Part shown: in pieces, positions 14,183-28,142 of the stretch
Layout of the letters: every line of letters starts with the position of its first letter
How positions within the stretch are numbered: position 1 is the first letter of the stretch
DNA from: Eledone cirrhosa
Lineage: Eukaryota
DNA: 64,000 nt
Assembly (NCBI GenBank): GCA_964016885.1
Contig: OZ024740.1
Location: forward strand, 387,686,001-387,750,000
Direction of reading: 5' to 3'
Translations under genes and position numbers: made by a program
Notes under the pieces: model-generated
The model's input: the letters and a program-made list of their open reading frames with translations, nothing else
The model's database searches: none
Told to the model about the DNA's origin: nothing

Positions 14183-14184
<2 letters not shown>
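13970..14184. repeat. Fold-back with ~94 bp arms (13970-14063 and 14091-14184) and a 27 bp spacer; related single arm at ~2285-2390
   Basis: Arms are near-perfect reverse complements. Confidence 0.9.
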
Positions 14185-14218
<34 letters not shown>

Positions 14219-15049
14219 GTAATCTGAGTATATATATATATATATGCATGTAAGTATATATGTATGTATATATGGTGAATTTAATTTGTTGATGCTTCTG
14301 TGAAGGTGCTTTAGCACCTATTACGACATTAAAACAACAACAACGTAGTTTCTACATGACGCTGATAACGATATAATGAATGCGTAATTACACGCTATTG
14401 CCTGCGTTTTCCGCTATCTGGATCTGCACCGATGAAGTCCCATAGAGAGAAATACAGGAAGTGAAATATTATTCTCTATCGTCAGTCACTGTTGTCATTC
14501 TTTTTCTATTTCTCTCACCCTCCCTCTATCTCTCTACCCCTTTCTCTTCCCCTCCTATCTCCTTTTTCTAAATGTAGCCAAACATTTATCACAATGTGTA
14601 CTCACATTTAAAATGTAAGTTATTTATAAGGATTTGATAAAATATATCTTAAAACCATAACTGTATTTTAATTGAATTTTATAATGTAACATTTCCAATT
14701 AAATTTATTTTTGAAAGCTATCAGCACTTTTTCTACCAAACTGTCTGAGACTGGTGTTCTACAATAAACACTGTTTTAAAGTGTTAAAATTTATCTAAAA
14801 TTTTCCGTTATAATTTTATGAAAAATCATTTATTATATCACGTTCTAAACACCAGCTTATCAATGAGAAAGTCAGTTTTTTCACATTTAAATTATGTATG
14901 TATAGTATAACCTGTCAATTACAAATTCGTGAACTCAATGAATTTTGAGATGTAAATTTGGTCATTTGTTGTATAATTTAATTTTTGTCTACGAGGTAGG
15001 TGTGTGTGTGTGTGTAGGGGGGGGGGGGGATACACAAAAATATACGTTC

Positions 15050-15545
15050 TGGGAATTGAGTGGCGTGATATTTAGGGCAGGAGAGTCACTGAAACTGAAG
15101 GAAAATGTGTAGCCTGTAACTGCCATGATTTATGGGAGCAAGGCATGGGTGAAATGCGTTAATTACCCAGAATTTGGAGTAACAGAGAAGGTTGGAAAAA
15201 GAAAAAATGAGAAAGGTTAGGTGGATGAGTGGAGTGTTGCTCAGAGAGAGGATAAGAAACAATGAAGATGGTGGGAACAGAGCCAGTGATAGATGTGAAG
15301 CGAAATGAAGTGAGATGGTTGGATGATGTGTAGAGAAAGGATGAAGGTGATTGGGTGAGAGAAGTGTAGAAAGTATATGTGAGAGGGAGGTAGGAAAAGA
15401 CGAATACCAAAACGTACATGATCGGTGATGCTGCTGAAGTAATTGAAAACTAGAAAACTAGAGTATTGATGAGGGAGAATGTAGTTAATGTGACAAAGTT
15501 CAGAACATTGTCAGAGGGCCAGCAATGTCAACCATTAGCAGGGAA
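15050..15545 (+). mobile_element. Decayed RTE-type LINE 3' fragment
   Basis: Degenerate LxGKxY...V..AM.YG...W and L.W.xxV.R...xWV-like coding remnants. Confidence 0.5.
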
Positions 15546-15890
15546 AATAATCTTAAATTGATTGTAGTTGTTATATTAGACTATTTTCTTTAGTAAGAAA
15601 AACGGTGAAACTTCTAATTCTATTTTTAGAAATTCCAACCACCAACGTATTCTCAATTACCCATGCTTACATGTATATTACTATCTACTTTCTAATTTCT
15701 AAATGTACCGTAGAAATACGGGTGAGCATGTTAGTGTAATCCGTCTAGCATATTTATCTACATAATATGTGGTGTGGCAACGATTCTCACGCATGTTAAT
15801 ACCAACTTTGTTTCCGTTATAGGGGTTTATATACCCTGTTAGACTACCTTTTGTAGTCAAAAGACGGTGAAAACTTCTAATTCTATTTTC

Positions 15891-15939
<49 letters not shown>

Positions 15940-16149
15940 ACACACACACATACACCCCCACACACACACGCACACACGCACACACATGCATACACTAATA
16001 TATATATACACACATCTATGATTACATATTTATTGTGGGTTTACATTTATGCATGTGACTGTTAGAAAGCATGAACGTAAGTACTGAAAACTATATCCAT
16101 GCCCATGTGAAGTAAATAAAATAATGCATCCAATTCGAATTAACTGTAC

Positions 16150-16285
16150 CTGTGATGATTGAAGGACTGCATTTGCGATGTGGTAGACAGTTTTCCACGT
16201 ACTTTCAATGCCTGGCTCAGCAAAAAATAACAGGTTTGTAATTCCGAGTAGAGGAAATAGTACTATAGTTGCTCGAATAGCTTTC
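16150..16285 (-). CDS. Class B1 GPCR exon (TM6-ECL3-TM7a): (R)KAIRATIVLFPLLGITNLLFFAEPGIESTWKTVYHIANAVLQSSQ
   Basis: KAxxATxxLxPLLG signature; tttttaaaCAG acceptor and GTACAG donor; 136 bp, phase 2 in, phase 0 out. Confidence 0.93.
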
Positions 16286-16499
16286 CTGTTTAAAAAGACA
16301 GAAAATGATGAGAAAGATAATTATAAACTAGAGTTATTGCAGTAAAAATAACAACAACGTTGTTTCTAATAGAAGCATATCGTCTATGGTAAATACTTGA
16401 CTGGAAAATAATTTATTGATACCGAACATTTGAAAGAGACTACTCGCAACGTAAACGAATACAGCGAATTATTGTTTTCCAACTCCTTTCCATCTAAAA

Positions 16500-16770
16500 G
16501 TCTAAAGTCGTCTTGTGCCCGGAGACTCATCAGGCCAATGTTTAACCTGGTTTCCGTGGCGTGAAGCGACTGAGAGTACAAGACTTAACCCTGGACAAGA
16601 CGCCAGTCCATCGCAGGGTTAAACCGCCAGCTATTGCCGGTACACATTTTCAGCTGAGTATACTGGAGCAATGTGAAATGAAGAATTTTTCTCAAGAATA
16701 CAACACACAACCCAGTCCAGTAATCGAACGTAGGACATTATGATCGTAAGTCCAACACACTTACGACTAT
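16500..16770 (-). mobile_element. V-domain SINE
   Basis: Reverse complement has ctgcgatggactggcgtcttgtccaggg and a cgcttcacgccacggaaacc tail, typical of V-SINEs. Confidence 0.7.
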
Positions 16771-17461
16771 GATGATGCCCTAATGATAAAGTAAAATAGT
16801 AGTGTATATACTTATATATTTAATATTCAATAATTTTGTAATTCAGTTAAATAGATATGGTTCTTCTCTGTAGAAGAAATGTTATTTCTGCCAACCATTT
16901 ACCTGATCGTTTATTATCAACTAAATTAAGGGAAAATGTTCATGAATATAAACAAAATCAAATTCAATATATACGAATTGTGTATGGAGATATAATTTCC
17001 ATATTGAGTTTATACTGAATTAGCGTTGCTGATCACATACTATTTTTAGTTTGGATTTTGGCATAGAATTCACAGCAATATATGGATACACATAATAAAC
17101 TTGCCAAACATAACATAATGTAACCTTATTAGTGCAATTTTCATGTCAGCTGTAGTATAAAACGTCCACACGGTTAAGAATTACCATTTAGCCATTGAGT
17201 GTGTTAAAAAGAATCTCGTATGTCTTCCGCAACATTCAAGGCCATGCAAGGTGTACATTGTGTACATTGGCGTTGCTCTATCACTTCTGACTAAACGATT
17301 AAAAACTCAATTATGACTTCACCTAATGTATATAAACAACAAAACACAGTTATTATCTATAACTTGTTAGGCGTTCATTTTAACGATTATACTACAATCA
17401 GTTTACTTTGGATAATATATTACTGGCATGTAGCATGTTAATTTGAGCATGTCAAACGAAC

Positions 17462-17547
17462 CTTATTTGCGCACTTTCCATGGTGTTATGAGCCCGTAGT
17501 TTTGTTACCAAAACAAATATTATGTTGATCAGGAAAATGAGGTTAGT
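17462..17547 (-). CDS. Class B1 GPCR exon (TM5b-ICL3): TNLIFLINIIFVLVTKLRAHNTMESAQI(R)
   Basis: NxxFLxNIxxVLxTKLRA signature; ttcaCAG acceptor and GTTCGT donor; 86 bp, phase 0 in, phase 2 out. Confidence 0.92.
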
Positions 17548-18098
17548 CTGTGAACAAAGCAACAAAAATTAAAATATTTATATTTCTTATTTTTTATTAT
17601 GATTGTTACAATTATAACATAGATTCAATAAATATGAAAGTCAATCATTAATAGAAATTCCAAGAAAGGATTCTAAATATTTGTGGAAAACATATAAAGA
17701 TTTCAATTCCAAGCATTATTGGAGCTTCACTTAACACACAGATGCTGGCAAACAGACACGCATATGTATATATGTGTGTATATACAAAGACACACACACA
17801 TGCATATATATAAACAAAGTTATCTCGAAGATCGAGTTGGAGCGCGAGTATATTAGTATTTGTAAAATAATGAGAAGAACTCAATGCAAGCTGTTAAAAC
17901 AATAAAAGGCCGTCAATGACAGCGTCGGATATAATTTACTTCAAAGGACAGAAATCAGCGGCTAGAAGTGTGTTGGCCCGCAGAAGTGATTGAAAGAAAG
18001 GAGGAAAGGAAGAATATGGACGAGACAAGATCACACACACATTTGTATACATCATCAGCTCTTAGACTGTGGTTTCACACAGAGAGAGACAGAGAGAA

Positions 18099-18158
<60 letters not shown>

Positions 18159-20099
18159 CGTAAGCATCGGTGAGAGCGCATTTCATCATTTAATACCAGG
18201 GAAAATCAGACAGAATGGCAAAGATTCTCCACATCGTCTTATAACTGCGTCGACTATTAGCTAATGATTTCTTGGAAGATCAGGTGGTGCGATAGCGTTG
18301 TACACTAGTGAAGGTTCACATATTGGACAAGTTAACAATCATACCACGACAGACGTATTTATCAGGTGCTCAATCACCGATAAATTCAGTGGAAATTTCC
18401 ACCCACAACAAATTCAGGTGGAACTCAACATACACGCATCGCCTAAACGTGTAAAGTGACACTCACGTTGCACTTCTTTAAAAGAACTAGAAAATGCATA
18501 TTAAAACCTTTGACCCTTTAGAAACCTCTTTGGTAGAACCTCATAAATTTCATATACCATGAAAGATATTCGTTTCATACACATCACATTACACAAACAA
18601 TTGCAATACACTCTTGCAGTATCAAAATACCAACGGTATACATGTCAAATGTTTTGAGACGAGCCATCACAAATCCACACTTTATACATACGCACTCTGT
18701 TACATATACCTAATGCCCACAATACTTTTTATATGCAAACCTGTCAACTCTCCCCGTTGGACGAGGATATCTCCCACCCACTTTGGGGTGGGTGAGAGAT
18801 GTCTTCTCTTGTGAAAATGGGTATAGCTTTCATTATGTAAAATTTCCCCATTTTGCCTCATACCTCCCCGTTTTGGGGCACTTTTTCTTGGTACTTTCCG
18901 TTTGGGTTTTTAGAGGTTGGTCGGTCTGTATATGGGATATTTCGTACAACACATTTAGCTTTTATTTTACAGCATATATTTGTCATGTGTATTGAGTATA
19001 GTTGTATCGCATAACATCCGCTTATATTTACGTTATACACGGTGTTTTAAATTGATTTATTGATTTAAATACACCAAATTATCACGTAGTTGGATTTGAA
19101 CTTGCAATTTTCAATTTGAGATTTATTTGTCTTATTATTTCGATTGCTTTTATCTATTCCACTCTCCACGACCATTTATTTACACAATTCTGTACACATT
19201 ATGAACGCCGGGTAAAATTTGACTGGTTAAAGTTTATTGAAATAAGACATACAAATGAGAGAACAAAATCAATTTCACTACCACCAAATAGAAAATATGC
19301 AGGTGCAACAAATCAAAGAATGGAGAATGTGTTTAGTTTATTTCAGAAAATCAATGGTTGTCTACATCCTAGGTCATATAAATCTACCACCATTTACCAT
19401 GTTTATCCGTGATGTGACTGTAATTGTGATAACTTGGAAATCTATCTCAAACACCTTAATACAGACTTTAAAATGTATGATATGGTGGACATTCATATGT
19501 AGAAATCGTATTTACGTTCGTGGACTGGTTACGGAAAGGATAGCATTAATAAACCAAATATTCGGCACTGGAGAACAAACCAATGTTACATATGATATAA
19601 TGACTGAAAATTATGTGAATATTAAAAGAAAACTTGCATGTTCTAATGAATTCAATGAATTCAACATCTAATGAATTCAATGAATGCTTAATGAAGGCTT
19701 GATAATCATGATTATATGGTAATCGAAATGTGATCTATCGCTGGCATGCGATTGTGAATTCGAAGAGAATTCTTTGAATTGTTCCGATAGACTGATGTGC
19801 AACCTATGAAAATTCATCACTCGATGATATGTTAAAAGTAGAAAAAACTATTATTCGCAATGAACAAAAGGAAATACTCCCAAACAGTACAATATCATCG
19901 ACTAAGGCATAAATAATATTTCTACAATTTCTTATTTCATTGTTATAATTCAAACAAAAATAATATAAACCTTATGAAGGTTGTCTTGTCACAAAATGCA
20001 AAACCATCTTCATAAGAATACAAAAATGTAATTCATTGGGAAGACAAGTTCTTTGACTGTATGCTGGTATTTTGTCAAATTTCCTATCGAAATATACTG

Positions 20100-20690
20100 A
20101 GAAGGATAACGTGGATAATGATTCTTTATTTATTGGCCACTGGGGCCGAAAAACAAGGGGTAATACGAGTAGACAAGGACAAAAAAAAAACAGGTAATTA
20201 AATAAAATGAATTAAAACAGCAGAATTCTCCTATAAGGGAAGCATCACCGAATGGTAATTTATGATTTCTACTGTCCCGAAACCACCATAAACACACACA
20301 CACAAAAAAAAATCAAGCTAGAAAGTTGTCCCTTACCTCACTGAACGCTCCAGCCTAAAGGTGCTTGCTAAGAATAGGTTCATTCACTCGGGCCATCCTC
20401 GCTACACCTTTTATCAAACCTGATGCTCAGTCAAAGAAACGAGCTCCAGAAAAAACGTGCCTCACAAACAGTGACCACACCTGTTCAGCGTGCCGTAACC
20501 CCAGGGCATATATGCACATAATCAGCCATGGCATGCCCAACTCTCCCGGCAAAAGTTCTTCGAAGCAGATAGACCCCCTGACCTGTGGCGCCTGTCCATT
20601 TCAAGAAATGAAAGAGCAGGTGCAAAAGATTATATCGACCAAAATACTACCTGCTCTACAATCGAGTTGCCAAAACTAATTTTCGTAGGT
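20100..20690 (-). mobile_element. Possible L1/Tx1-type LINE 3' fragment
   Basis: GC-richer decayed coding remnant followed by a tail with AATAAA; family assignment weak. Confidence 0.4.
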
Positions 20691-20779
20691 ATTTCACACA
20701 TTTTGTGCAATGTTTTCTCTTTTTAGGCATAAAAACAATAACAACAACAACAATAACAATAATTGTAAGATTTCTCTAG

Positions 20780-21280
20780 CAATCGGATGCTAGGTGAAGC
20801 ATCAGATCTCAGTATATCAGCCCCAGATCTCAGTATATCGTGTAGAATTCTAGCAGTGCTAGTGATGGTAGAAATTTGGGCGCTGCCTATAAAGTGGGTG
20901 ATTCCAAGGCTTTTGATGTAAGACGTTAGGCGTTTATGAGCCATGCCTAGCGCCCCAATGACGATTGGCATGACATCTGTCTCTACATGTTTCTCCGTTC
21001 TAATAGCGCCTGCAAGGTCTTCATAATTATTGATCTTTTCCATTTCCTTTCCAGCTACATTCTGGCATTAGAGTTCATTTTGGGAGGTTGTTTGTTTTTG
21101 CAACAATATGAGGGCGGTGGTGTTCGACTTTGTGGTCTTGATCATATGGTCCCAAAATAACTCTACTCGCTCACTTGATAGGCAGGATTCAAGAGGAGTA
21201 CGTTCGTATCACTGACTTTGCGTTTCGATGTTATTTGTATTTTTGTACAACTCCCAATGGAACTGACCATATACTCGTAC
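20780..21280 (-). mobile_element. R4/NeSL-type non-LTR fragment (restriction-like endonuclease)
   Basis: EKINNYEDL...VMPIVIGALG...I..SAQ...TARIL. Confidence 0.75.
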
Positions 21281-22629
21281 TAAATAAAATTCTGTCGATA
21301 TAAGCACCTCACAAGTGTAAACATCTAAATGTTTTATTTTTTTTAACATGGTGGAATTTAGTGTCTCTTGAGGTCACTGGTTGTGACTTGGTGATATAAA
21401 GCAAAATAAAAATGATGCATATAAAGCAAAATAAAAATGATGAAAATATTAATAATAACAACAATGCAAACCAATTATAAAGAGTAGTCTTTGTGATAGT
21501 AGCAATATCGGTAACAAATATAAATCAAAGACAATGAAATCAAAGTTAATTCTGTGTCTATTAAAATTTTGCAGGAAGTAATCGGAAATAAATGTTATAT
21601 TTCAGCATAAAATCAATAATTAATTGATTAAATTGGAATTTGATACCAGCGCCATTAGAAGTTTGATTAATTTAAATGCATACAAAATTATCGTGTCGGC
21701 AACATTTGAGGCGGAATAGATAAAATTAAATGGTTAGGCTAATAGAAATCGTAAAATTAAAAAAGTGTCTATTAAATATTAAACTCAGAAATAAACTACA
21801 AAAACATACGTAGCTGTCAAAATATATTCGACATTTAACATATCCTTATTTTTACTTAATAATATTTCTGATAGTCGATCAGTACAAATAACAGTTGTGA
21901 AAACGGGTAAAATATGGCCGGAGACGGACAAACATGAAAAGAAAAGTCTGGGAGGAATCAAACCTTGCATCCCTATAACTGATATTTGACTATAACAACA
22001 ATCAATCACTATCATTTTACTCTTTTTATTATAAATATTGGTCGATAAAATGCCATACATTTCACCTGGACATGGAAAAGGAAAGAACATGGTTGGGTGA
22101 TGGGTGAGTACGTAAAGGAGCCTTCACGATCAATTGTATGTTAGAAAATTTAAGCCTAGTGCTAGGCTTAAATTGTCTGACCCGGATAATACGGGTTTCG
22201 ATTTTCGCATGTGTCTGTGTCCAATTTCTGCAATCTCTGTTGGTAATTTATCTGATTTTCAACTATTATTTATAGTGATCAATTATTGCGATTATCTCTT
22301 ACATTGGGACGATTGCATTTCAAATTTCAAATTTTTCTAATATCTCTTATGTGAAGTCGATATTCATCCTCATAAGAACAGGCTTAAACTCTTCTGAAAC
22401 GACAATTAATGTTCAGGGTGCCCTCAGGGTAAGAATTACCGCTTTCACCGAATAATGCTAAGTTTTATTTCTCGCAGGTGCCTCTGTTAGCTTTTTCTCA
22501 AATATTATGACTATTACTCAAATATTATGACTATTACTATAGTCATTTACATTGGAATAACTACATTGCAAATTTCAATTTTTTCCCAATAATTCTGACG
22601 TCAACGCTTTTAGTGCTATTGCTAATGGT

Positions 22630-22815
22630 TTCTGATTTAGGCACAATATAACACTTTTAGGGGAGAGGAAAATCGATTAAATCGACCCCATTGCATCACT
22701 GGTGCTTTATTTTATCGACTCTCTGAGGATGAAAGGCAAAGCTAACCTCGGCGAGATATGAACTCAGAATGTAAAGAGGCATAACTCCATGCCTCACAGT
22801 ATATCGTCCGTTGAT
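22630..22815 (-). mobile_element. Diverged Meta-core SINE
   Basis: ctttattttatcgac...ggatgaaaggcaaag. Confidence 0.75.
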
Positions 22816-24169
22816 AATACCACTAATTTGAACTTTAAAAATAATATCTACATTCTACATGCTAGATTGTCAGAAATATTTTCACCCACATTACGACGTT
22901 GTACAAATATGCAAGCCACGATTCAACTACCTCCGGGTATGAAATCAGTTTATTAGACATCCTGACATAATCGTTTTCAAAATACATGTATGCAAAAGAC
23001 AAATTAGTCTTTGCTTTATGCAACAATACATTGGATCCGACATTTTACAGTGACTTGACTACAACAATAATTAATCTTTAGAAATTAGATGGCATCAGTA
23101 TCGATTTTCCAGTCACCGTAAAGACCCACCCAATATGAGTTTAAACGACAATTAGTCTACATTAAATATGGACTTAATCATGCATTAGTTCACGCCTCAA
23201 GAGTATTGAATGCATATCAATGCCGATATTAGAAAATATATATAGAGTGTTTATCTATGATATTAGATCTTCATAAATCCAATTAATCCTTATATTGTCG
23301 ACAGTTACAATTCATATACCAGATGAAAATATGCAGAAACTCATGTGTTAAAGACTGCAGCGTTTGGTGATGATATCGGTTTCATAAAAAACAATGGGCT
23401 CTGTAAATCTTCGAAACAACACAAAAATGCTGATGACTTATAAAAACTGTCGATTGGGCTTAGTTAAAATTTTAAAACATTTCTTAAATCAGATTCCATT
23501 TGGATTCGAAATGCATGAAATCTTGGCACGACGTCTGTTATTTGACGTCTGTTATTTGACGTCTGTTATTTGATAAGGCTTTGCCACGAAAACTAAATAT
23601 TGAAAATGAATATCTACAATAATAATAGAAAACGTGATACAATAAATTATATTGTCACTGGTTATTAGAATAATTATTTCTAAAATAAAATTTTTAATTT
23701 TTTAAGCTTATTTATTCCCAAATCAACTTGTGATTCAGCTGTATGGCTCCAAAGAGCAAATAACGCATCGGCACTGCTACTGACTGATAATGCAATCTAA
23801 TGCATTGATAAGATCGAAAGGTTCTGTCCAGCATGCCAATCAACTTCTAGTGCACCCGATAAAGTAGTGGCTGCACAGTTATATCAAATGAACAATTATA
23901 CACATTATCCTCAACTATGTGGCAGAGGTTTGTTGCGCTGTACACATCCACGAATTATTGCTGAACCGACGAATATTACCACTACATTTTATATTAAATG
24001 ATAAGCATTTGTCAGATATAACCAAAGCAAAATATAATGCATTTGTGCTAATTGATTTTGGAACAGGTAAGAGTCAATGTTAATATCTTCAGTATCATAT
24101 TTGGTTATGGAATTGAGCGGCACTTCAGACTCATGGAAGGAATTCAATGAATCGTTGTGCGAAATAATT

Positions 24170-24356
24170 GTTTCTACTTTTGCCACAAGGCCAACAATTA
24201 CTCCAGTGCATTATTAGTACTTTATTTTATCGACTCCATAAGGATGAAAGGCAAAGTTGACCTCGGCGGGATTTGAATTCAGAACGTAAACAGCCATAAC
24301 TCTATGCTGCAAAGCATGCTGTATGACGCTCTACTAATACTGCCAATCCACCGCCT
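24170..24356 (-). mobile_element. Meta-core SINE
   Basis: Full head (ggcggtggattggcagta) and core present. Confidence 0.82.
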
Positions 24357-24892
24357 AGACTCTCAAATAATGTCGGCACCATGACCCTATCCTAATCAAT
24401 ATCCATGCCACAACATGCGCTGTGTCATACAGGAAACGAAGGATTTATTATGCCACATGTTTTATAATTACTTTTGTAATCCAATATCATCAATAGAAAC
24501 TGTTGACGGAATAAATTTAAAAAATCTATATTTGTTATTTTGGCAGAACCGTCTCTTCTGTTTATACATATATAAATACTGTATAGCAGAAACTCTAATA
24601 TCGGAACAGGCACTCCGGCGATTATCAACCTATGTAGCAATCAAAGTGCGAACGACGCATTGCATGGTGCATAGCGTAGAAGATAATATCTCTGCCAAAT
24701 TATATTACAAATCTTTTACGGCTATAAACTAACATATCTACCAAATTAGATATCCAGTTATTTCACCTGGATCATATAGTTAAATGTGTCACAGTATGTA
24801 TGTTATTCTATAACTATGCCTCACATAGGTTTTCATACTTCAAATAGATGTTTATAACGAGAAATATCCTGTCGATTCTGAATTATTATAAA

Positions 24893-25310
24893 CTAGCAAT
24901 TGCACCCGGCGTTGCCCAGGAATGACATTGTTCTTTATATATTAGAAGAAAAAAGCAAAATATGTTGTATAGAAATTTGATATTCTAAATTAAATTTATT
25001 CTTCAACTGAGATACATGATGAAATCAATTCTTAATTAATTCATAATACAAAAAAAAAAAATGAAAATATAAAATTTACCACTTTTATGAAGGGAGATAA
25101 ATTCTATCACATATGTTGAAGGAAATTACGTAAGAACTGGGTAAACACCATTCTTTGTTTTCTGGTTTGGAGCATAGACAAATGAGTCTTGTAAACTACC
25201 CACCCTGGGGCAACCAACATAAAGTTTACCACGAGAAAAGCAAGGCTTAATTAAGTGCAAGCCAGTAGATTTCAAAGTCTGACCTTGAGCTTTGTTAATA
25301 GATATATTAA
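24893..25310 (-). mobile_element. Helitron 3' end fragment (PIF1 helicase C-terminus, hairpin, CTAG)
   Basis: INKAQGQT...CFSRGKLYVGCPRV...TKNGVY; minus strand ends cctgggcaacgccgggtgcaattgCTAG|T. Confidence 0.88.
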
Positions 25311-25314
25311 CAAA

Positions 25315-26340
25315 GCCTACTTTCACTGTATGGCAATTGAATATCTGTCGGTATTTATGGCCTACAGGGAAGCAAATATCTAGGAGGACTAGGAATTTTC
25401 TACCTACATTGGTTATCACATTACGTTCGAATGGTGGCGTGAACCACATGACGTCTTTATGTCTAAGATTTTTTCTTTCTAGATGTCGGGTATTGATCTG
25501 GAGAGTAAGTGATTCTTTCAGAGAAGCCACTGTTGTTTAATACTGAGTTGTCGTAGGGGGATGCCCTACCAAAGATACCCTCTTACTGATTTTCTTTAAA
25601 AAAAAAACTATATGGGGTGGCTAGAGTCCTTATGAATATACCTAAGTTTCTCATTGGGTTTGTGGAATTGTCTGAATGTGCGTGTACGTGGGTCTAAATT
25701 AACGTCTAGGAACTTAATATTAGTGAGGTTGGTAGATATTGTAATTCCTAAGCTGCTGAAGGTAGTAATCAGGTTTTTTCTAAATGTGTCGAGGTTATGG
25801 CCACTTTTATGGCTCAATAGTGCCAGATCATCATCACGATGTAGATCCATATAGAAATCAGGGAATTTCTTACGTAGTGTGTCTAAGATAAAAAGGCCTA
25901 CCAAATCGCATGTATCAGCACTGTCAAATAATCCCATCGGTACATCGAATGAGTCGTTATTAGTGGATTTATTTATCCAGGGGCCGTCATTATTAAAGAG
26001 GAGAGTTTTTCTGAGTGGGATATTACTAATCGGTCTAACTCGTCTATATTCGTGAAATTTCTAGCGAAATCAAGGGCCTTGTCAAGTAAGGTCCTGGATA
26101 TCGAGGGGTAAAAATCAACGATATCAAATTGAGTGAACCTAGCTTTTTTAGTGTGTTTGAGGACGTTAACCCAATCAAATATTACTTGACTATTATCCTA
26201 CTGATTAAGATTGGGCTGTTGTCTAATGACTATATTAATTTTTCTAAGAATGTCTTTACTTACAAGTCCTAATTCCGTTTTGGGTCTTTTAAGTCATCCT
26301 TATGATCCTTAAGTGTAATATAGGCCTCTCACCTTGCCAA
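25315..26340 (-). pseudogene. Decayed Naiad-type PLE RT/thumb fragment (different family from 8844-13897)
   Basis: FDIVDFYPSI, FDVPMG, HRDDD, FLDVNLD, WFTPPF motifs. Confidence 0.85.
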
Positions 26341-26440
26341 GCATTCTAACGAAGTAGCTACTTTTGTTTTATATGGGTTGGGGGGGGGGGTGTATAACCC
26401 AACGAAACTTAAGTACATGTATATGTCACTATTGTAACTA

Positions 26441-26556
<116 letters not shown>

Positions 26557-26639
26557 TATATACATATATATACATATATATATATATATCAAAATAAAAG
26601 ATTGTTGAAGTTTGCTTGAAACATTGTGGAATAATAAAA

Positions 26640-28142
26640 TTGGTCGTTTTGGAAGCCTCAACAATGCAGATGGGTAAATCTCCGGGTAACAGAATCAGGT
26701 GGTAATGAGAGAGATGTAAGAGGAAATGTAGAATGAGACGTATAGGGTGTAGAGGAACGTAAGAAAGAGTGTAAAAATAATAACACGAGATAGAGTTACC
26801 TTGGAAGTGATTTAATTGTCCCTATATTTCGGATTTCGCATCCATCAACTGGGGTTTTCCGAGGGGGAAAGTTTTTTGTCTACCGTGCGTGTACAACTGA
26901 ACTACTCTGTAGGGCGCGCGTGCGCGCGGAATAGCTGCGGTCAGACAAAGGTCGAGGCAGTTATTCTATACTAGAGTAGTGGGATAGTGATGTGTAAGTG
27001 CGTACGCATCTTCGCTGTCAATTTCTTATATTCAGTTTTTGATACTGGCAGGTGTGGTGTTGTATTGGTAGTCTGCCTGATTGTTGTTTGTTGGTCGGTG
27101 GATGGTGGACACGCTATACACACAATAACAATCGTTCGATTGCCACTGTGAGTGTGTTGTTTCGTTTTTTTAAACCAGCCATCTCATCTCACTTCTCTCG
27201 GATCGGTTATTTATTTGTGGTCCGAGGCATTTGATTCAAAGTACTTCCTTGATTCTTAAAGTGCCGACGTTGCGTTCTGTCGCTAACACTGTGACAATGA
27301 GCCTTCCGTCTTTGTTTCCGCATTTGGTCATATGTTTCCGGAAAGACAAGGCCTTCGTGTTGAAGTGCTCCTTGACCCGGACATGTAGTGGCCGGATTGT
27401 ACTACCGATGTAGTAGTCGTTGTACTTGTCACATTCTACCTTGTATACAACGTACTTGCGTAAGCAACAGTTCGTTTGTCAACCGATTTCTCGGGATTCC
27501 TGGAGAGGCATCTCTGTTGGGAGGGGCCCGAGTGGGCCAAGTAGATGTCGAGGCCCTCCTTCCGTATGGCCCTGCGGATAGCGTTGGTGGTTTTCTCGCC
27601 CAGGTGCGAGATTTTGAGGAAGCACTTGCCTTGGGTGTTTCTCTGCCTCTTGCGTTTGGTGTCTCTTACTCTGCTTGTAAAGGATGCTGTGTATCCGTTC
27701 GTCTCCAGCACCCCGAGGAACCGCTTGGTATGTGTGACACCACTCACGGGATCGCTGCATTTGTTTTTAATCTGCGTGATCACGTTCGTGATGCACCTTC
27801 TTTTAGCACTGTTAGGGAAGGCAGATTTGTAGTGGACGAACAAGTCCCTGCAGGATGCCTTGCGGTAGAAGCTGGTGTGAATCCCTCCCTGCTCCGTGAT
27901 ATTGATTCGGAAGTCGAGGAGGGCAAGGGACCCGTCGTCGTTGGTGTGTTCAACACTGAAGTCAATATACTCGTCTGTGTTGCTGAACGTCTCGTAAATC
28001 CCGTTCGCCATATCCTGGGAAGATGTGAGGATGAGGATGTCGTCCACGTATCTTGAGAAGAAGGCGACGGCGTTGGGATGGCAGGCTTTGAGTGCCTTGC
28101 GTTCGAGGCTGTCCATGTACGAGATCGCTAGCACACCCGACA
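26640..28142 (-). mobile_element. 5'-truncated Penelope/Poseidon-like PLE (RT C-half, GIY-YIG, pLTR with decayed hammerhead at ~26820-26855)
   Basis: SGVLAISYMDSLE, RYVDDI, LLDF, FYRK; frameshifted VYKVEC..YYIGSTIRPLHVRVKEH. Confidence 0.87.

Noticed and set aside
16505-16540. Minus-strand CTGATGA-GTC...GAC-GA resembling a hammerhead
   Set aside because: No GAAA core and no stem I or III; it is the ordinary 3' tail of a V-SINE
18035-18080. Minus-strand GAAAC..GTC..CTGATGA (type II hammerhead order)
   Set aside because: No pairing available for stem I or stem II
18735-19990. ORFs 19116-19412 and 19255-19671 next to a GC-rich inverted motif
   Set aside because: Possibly a decayed DNA transposon, but no recognisable domain or paired termini to support a call
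23530-23575. Three copies of GACGTCTGTTATTT
   Set aside because: Direct tandem without spacers, so not CRISPR; a simple slippage repeat
27388-28056. 222 aa plus-strand ORF (and plus-strand ORFs at 33876, 34692 and 34904)
   Set aside because: Antisense shadows of PLE and Helitron coding sequence
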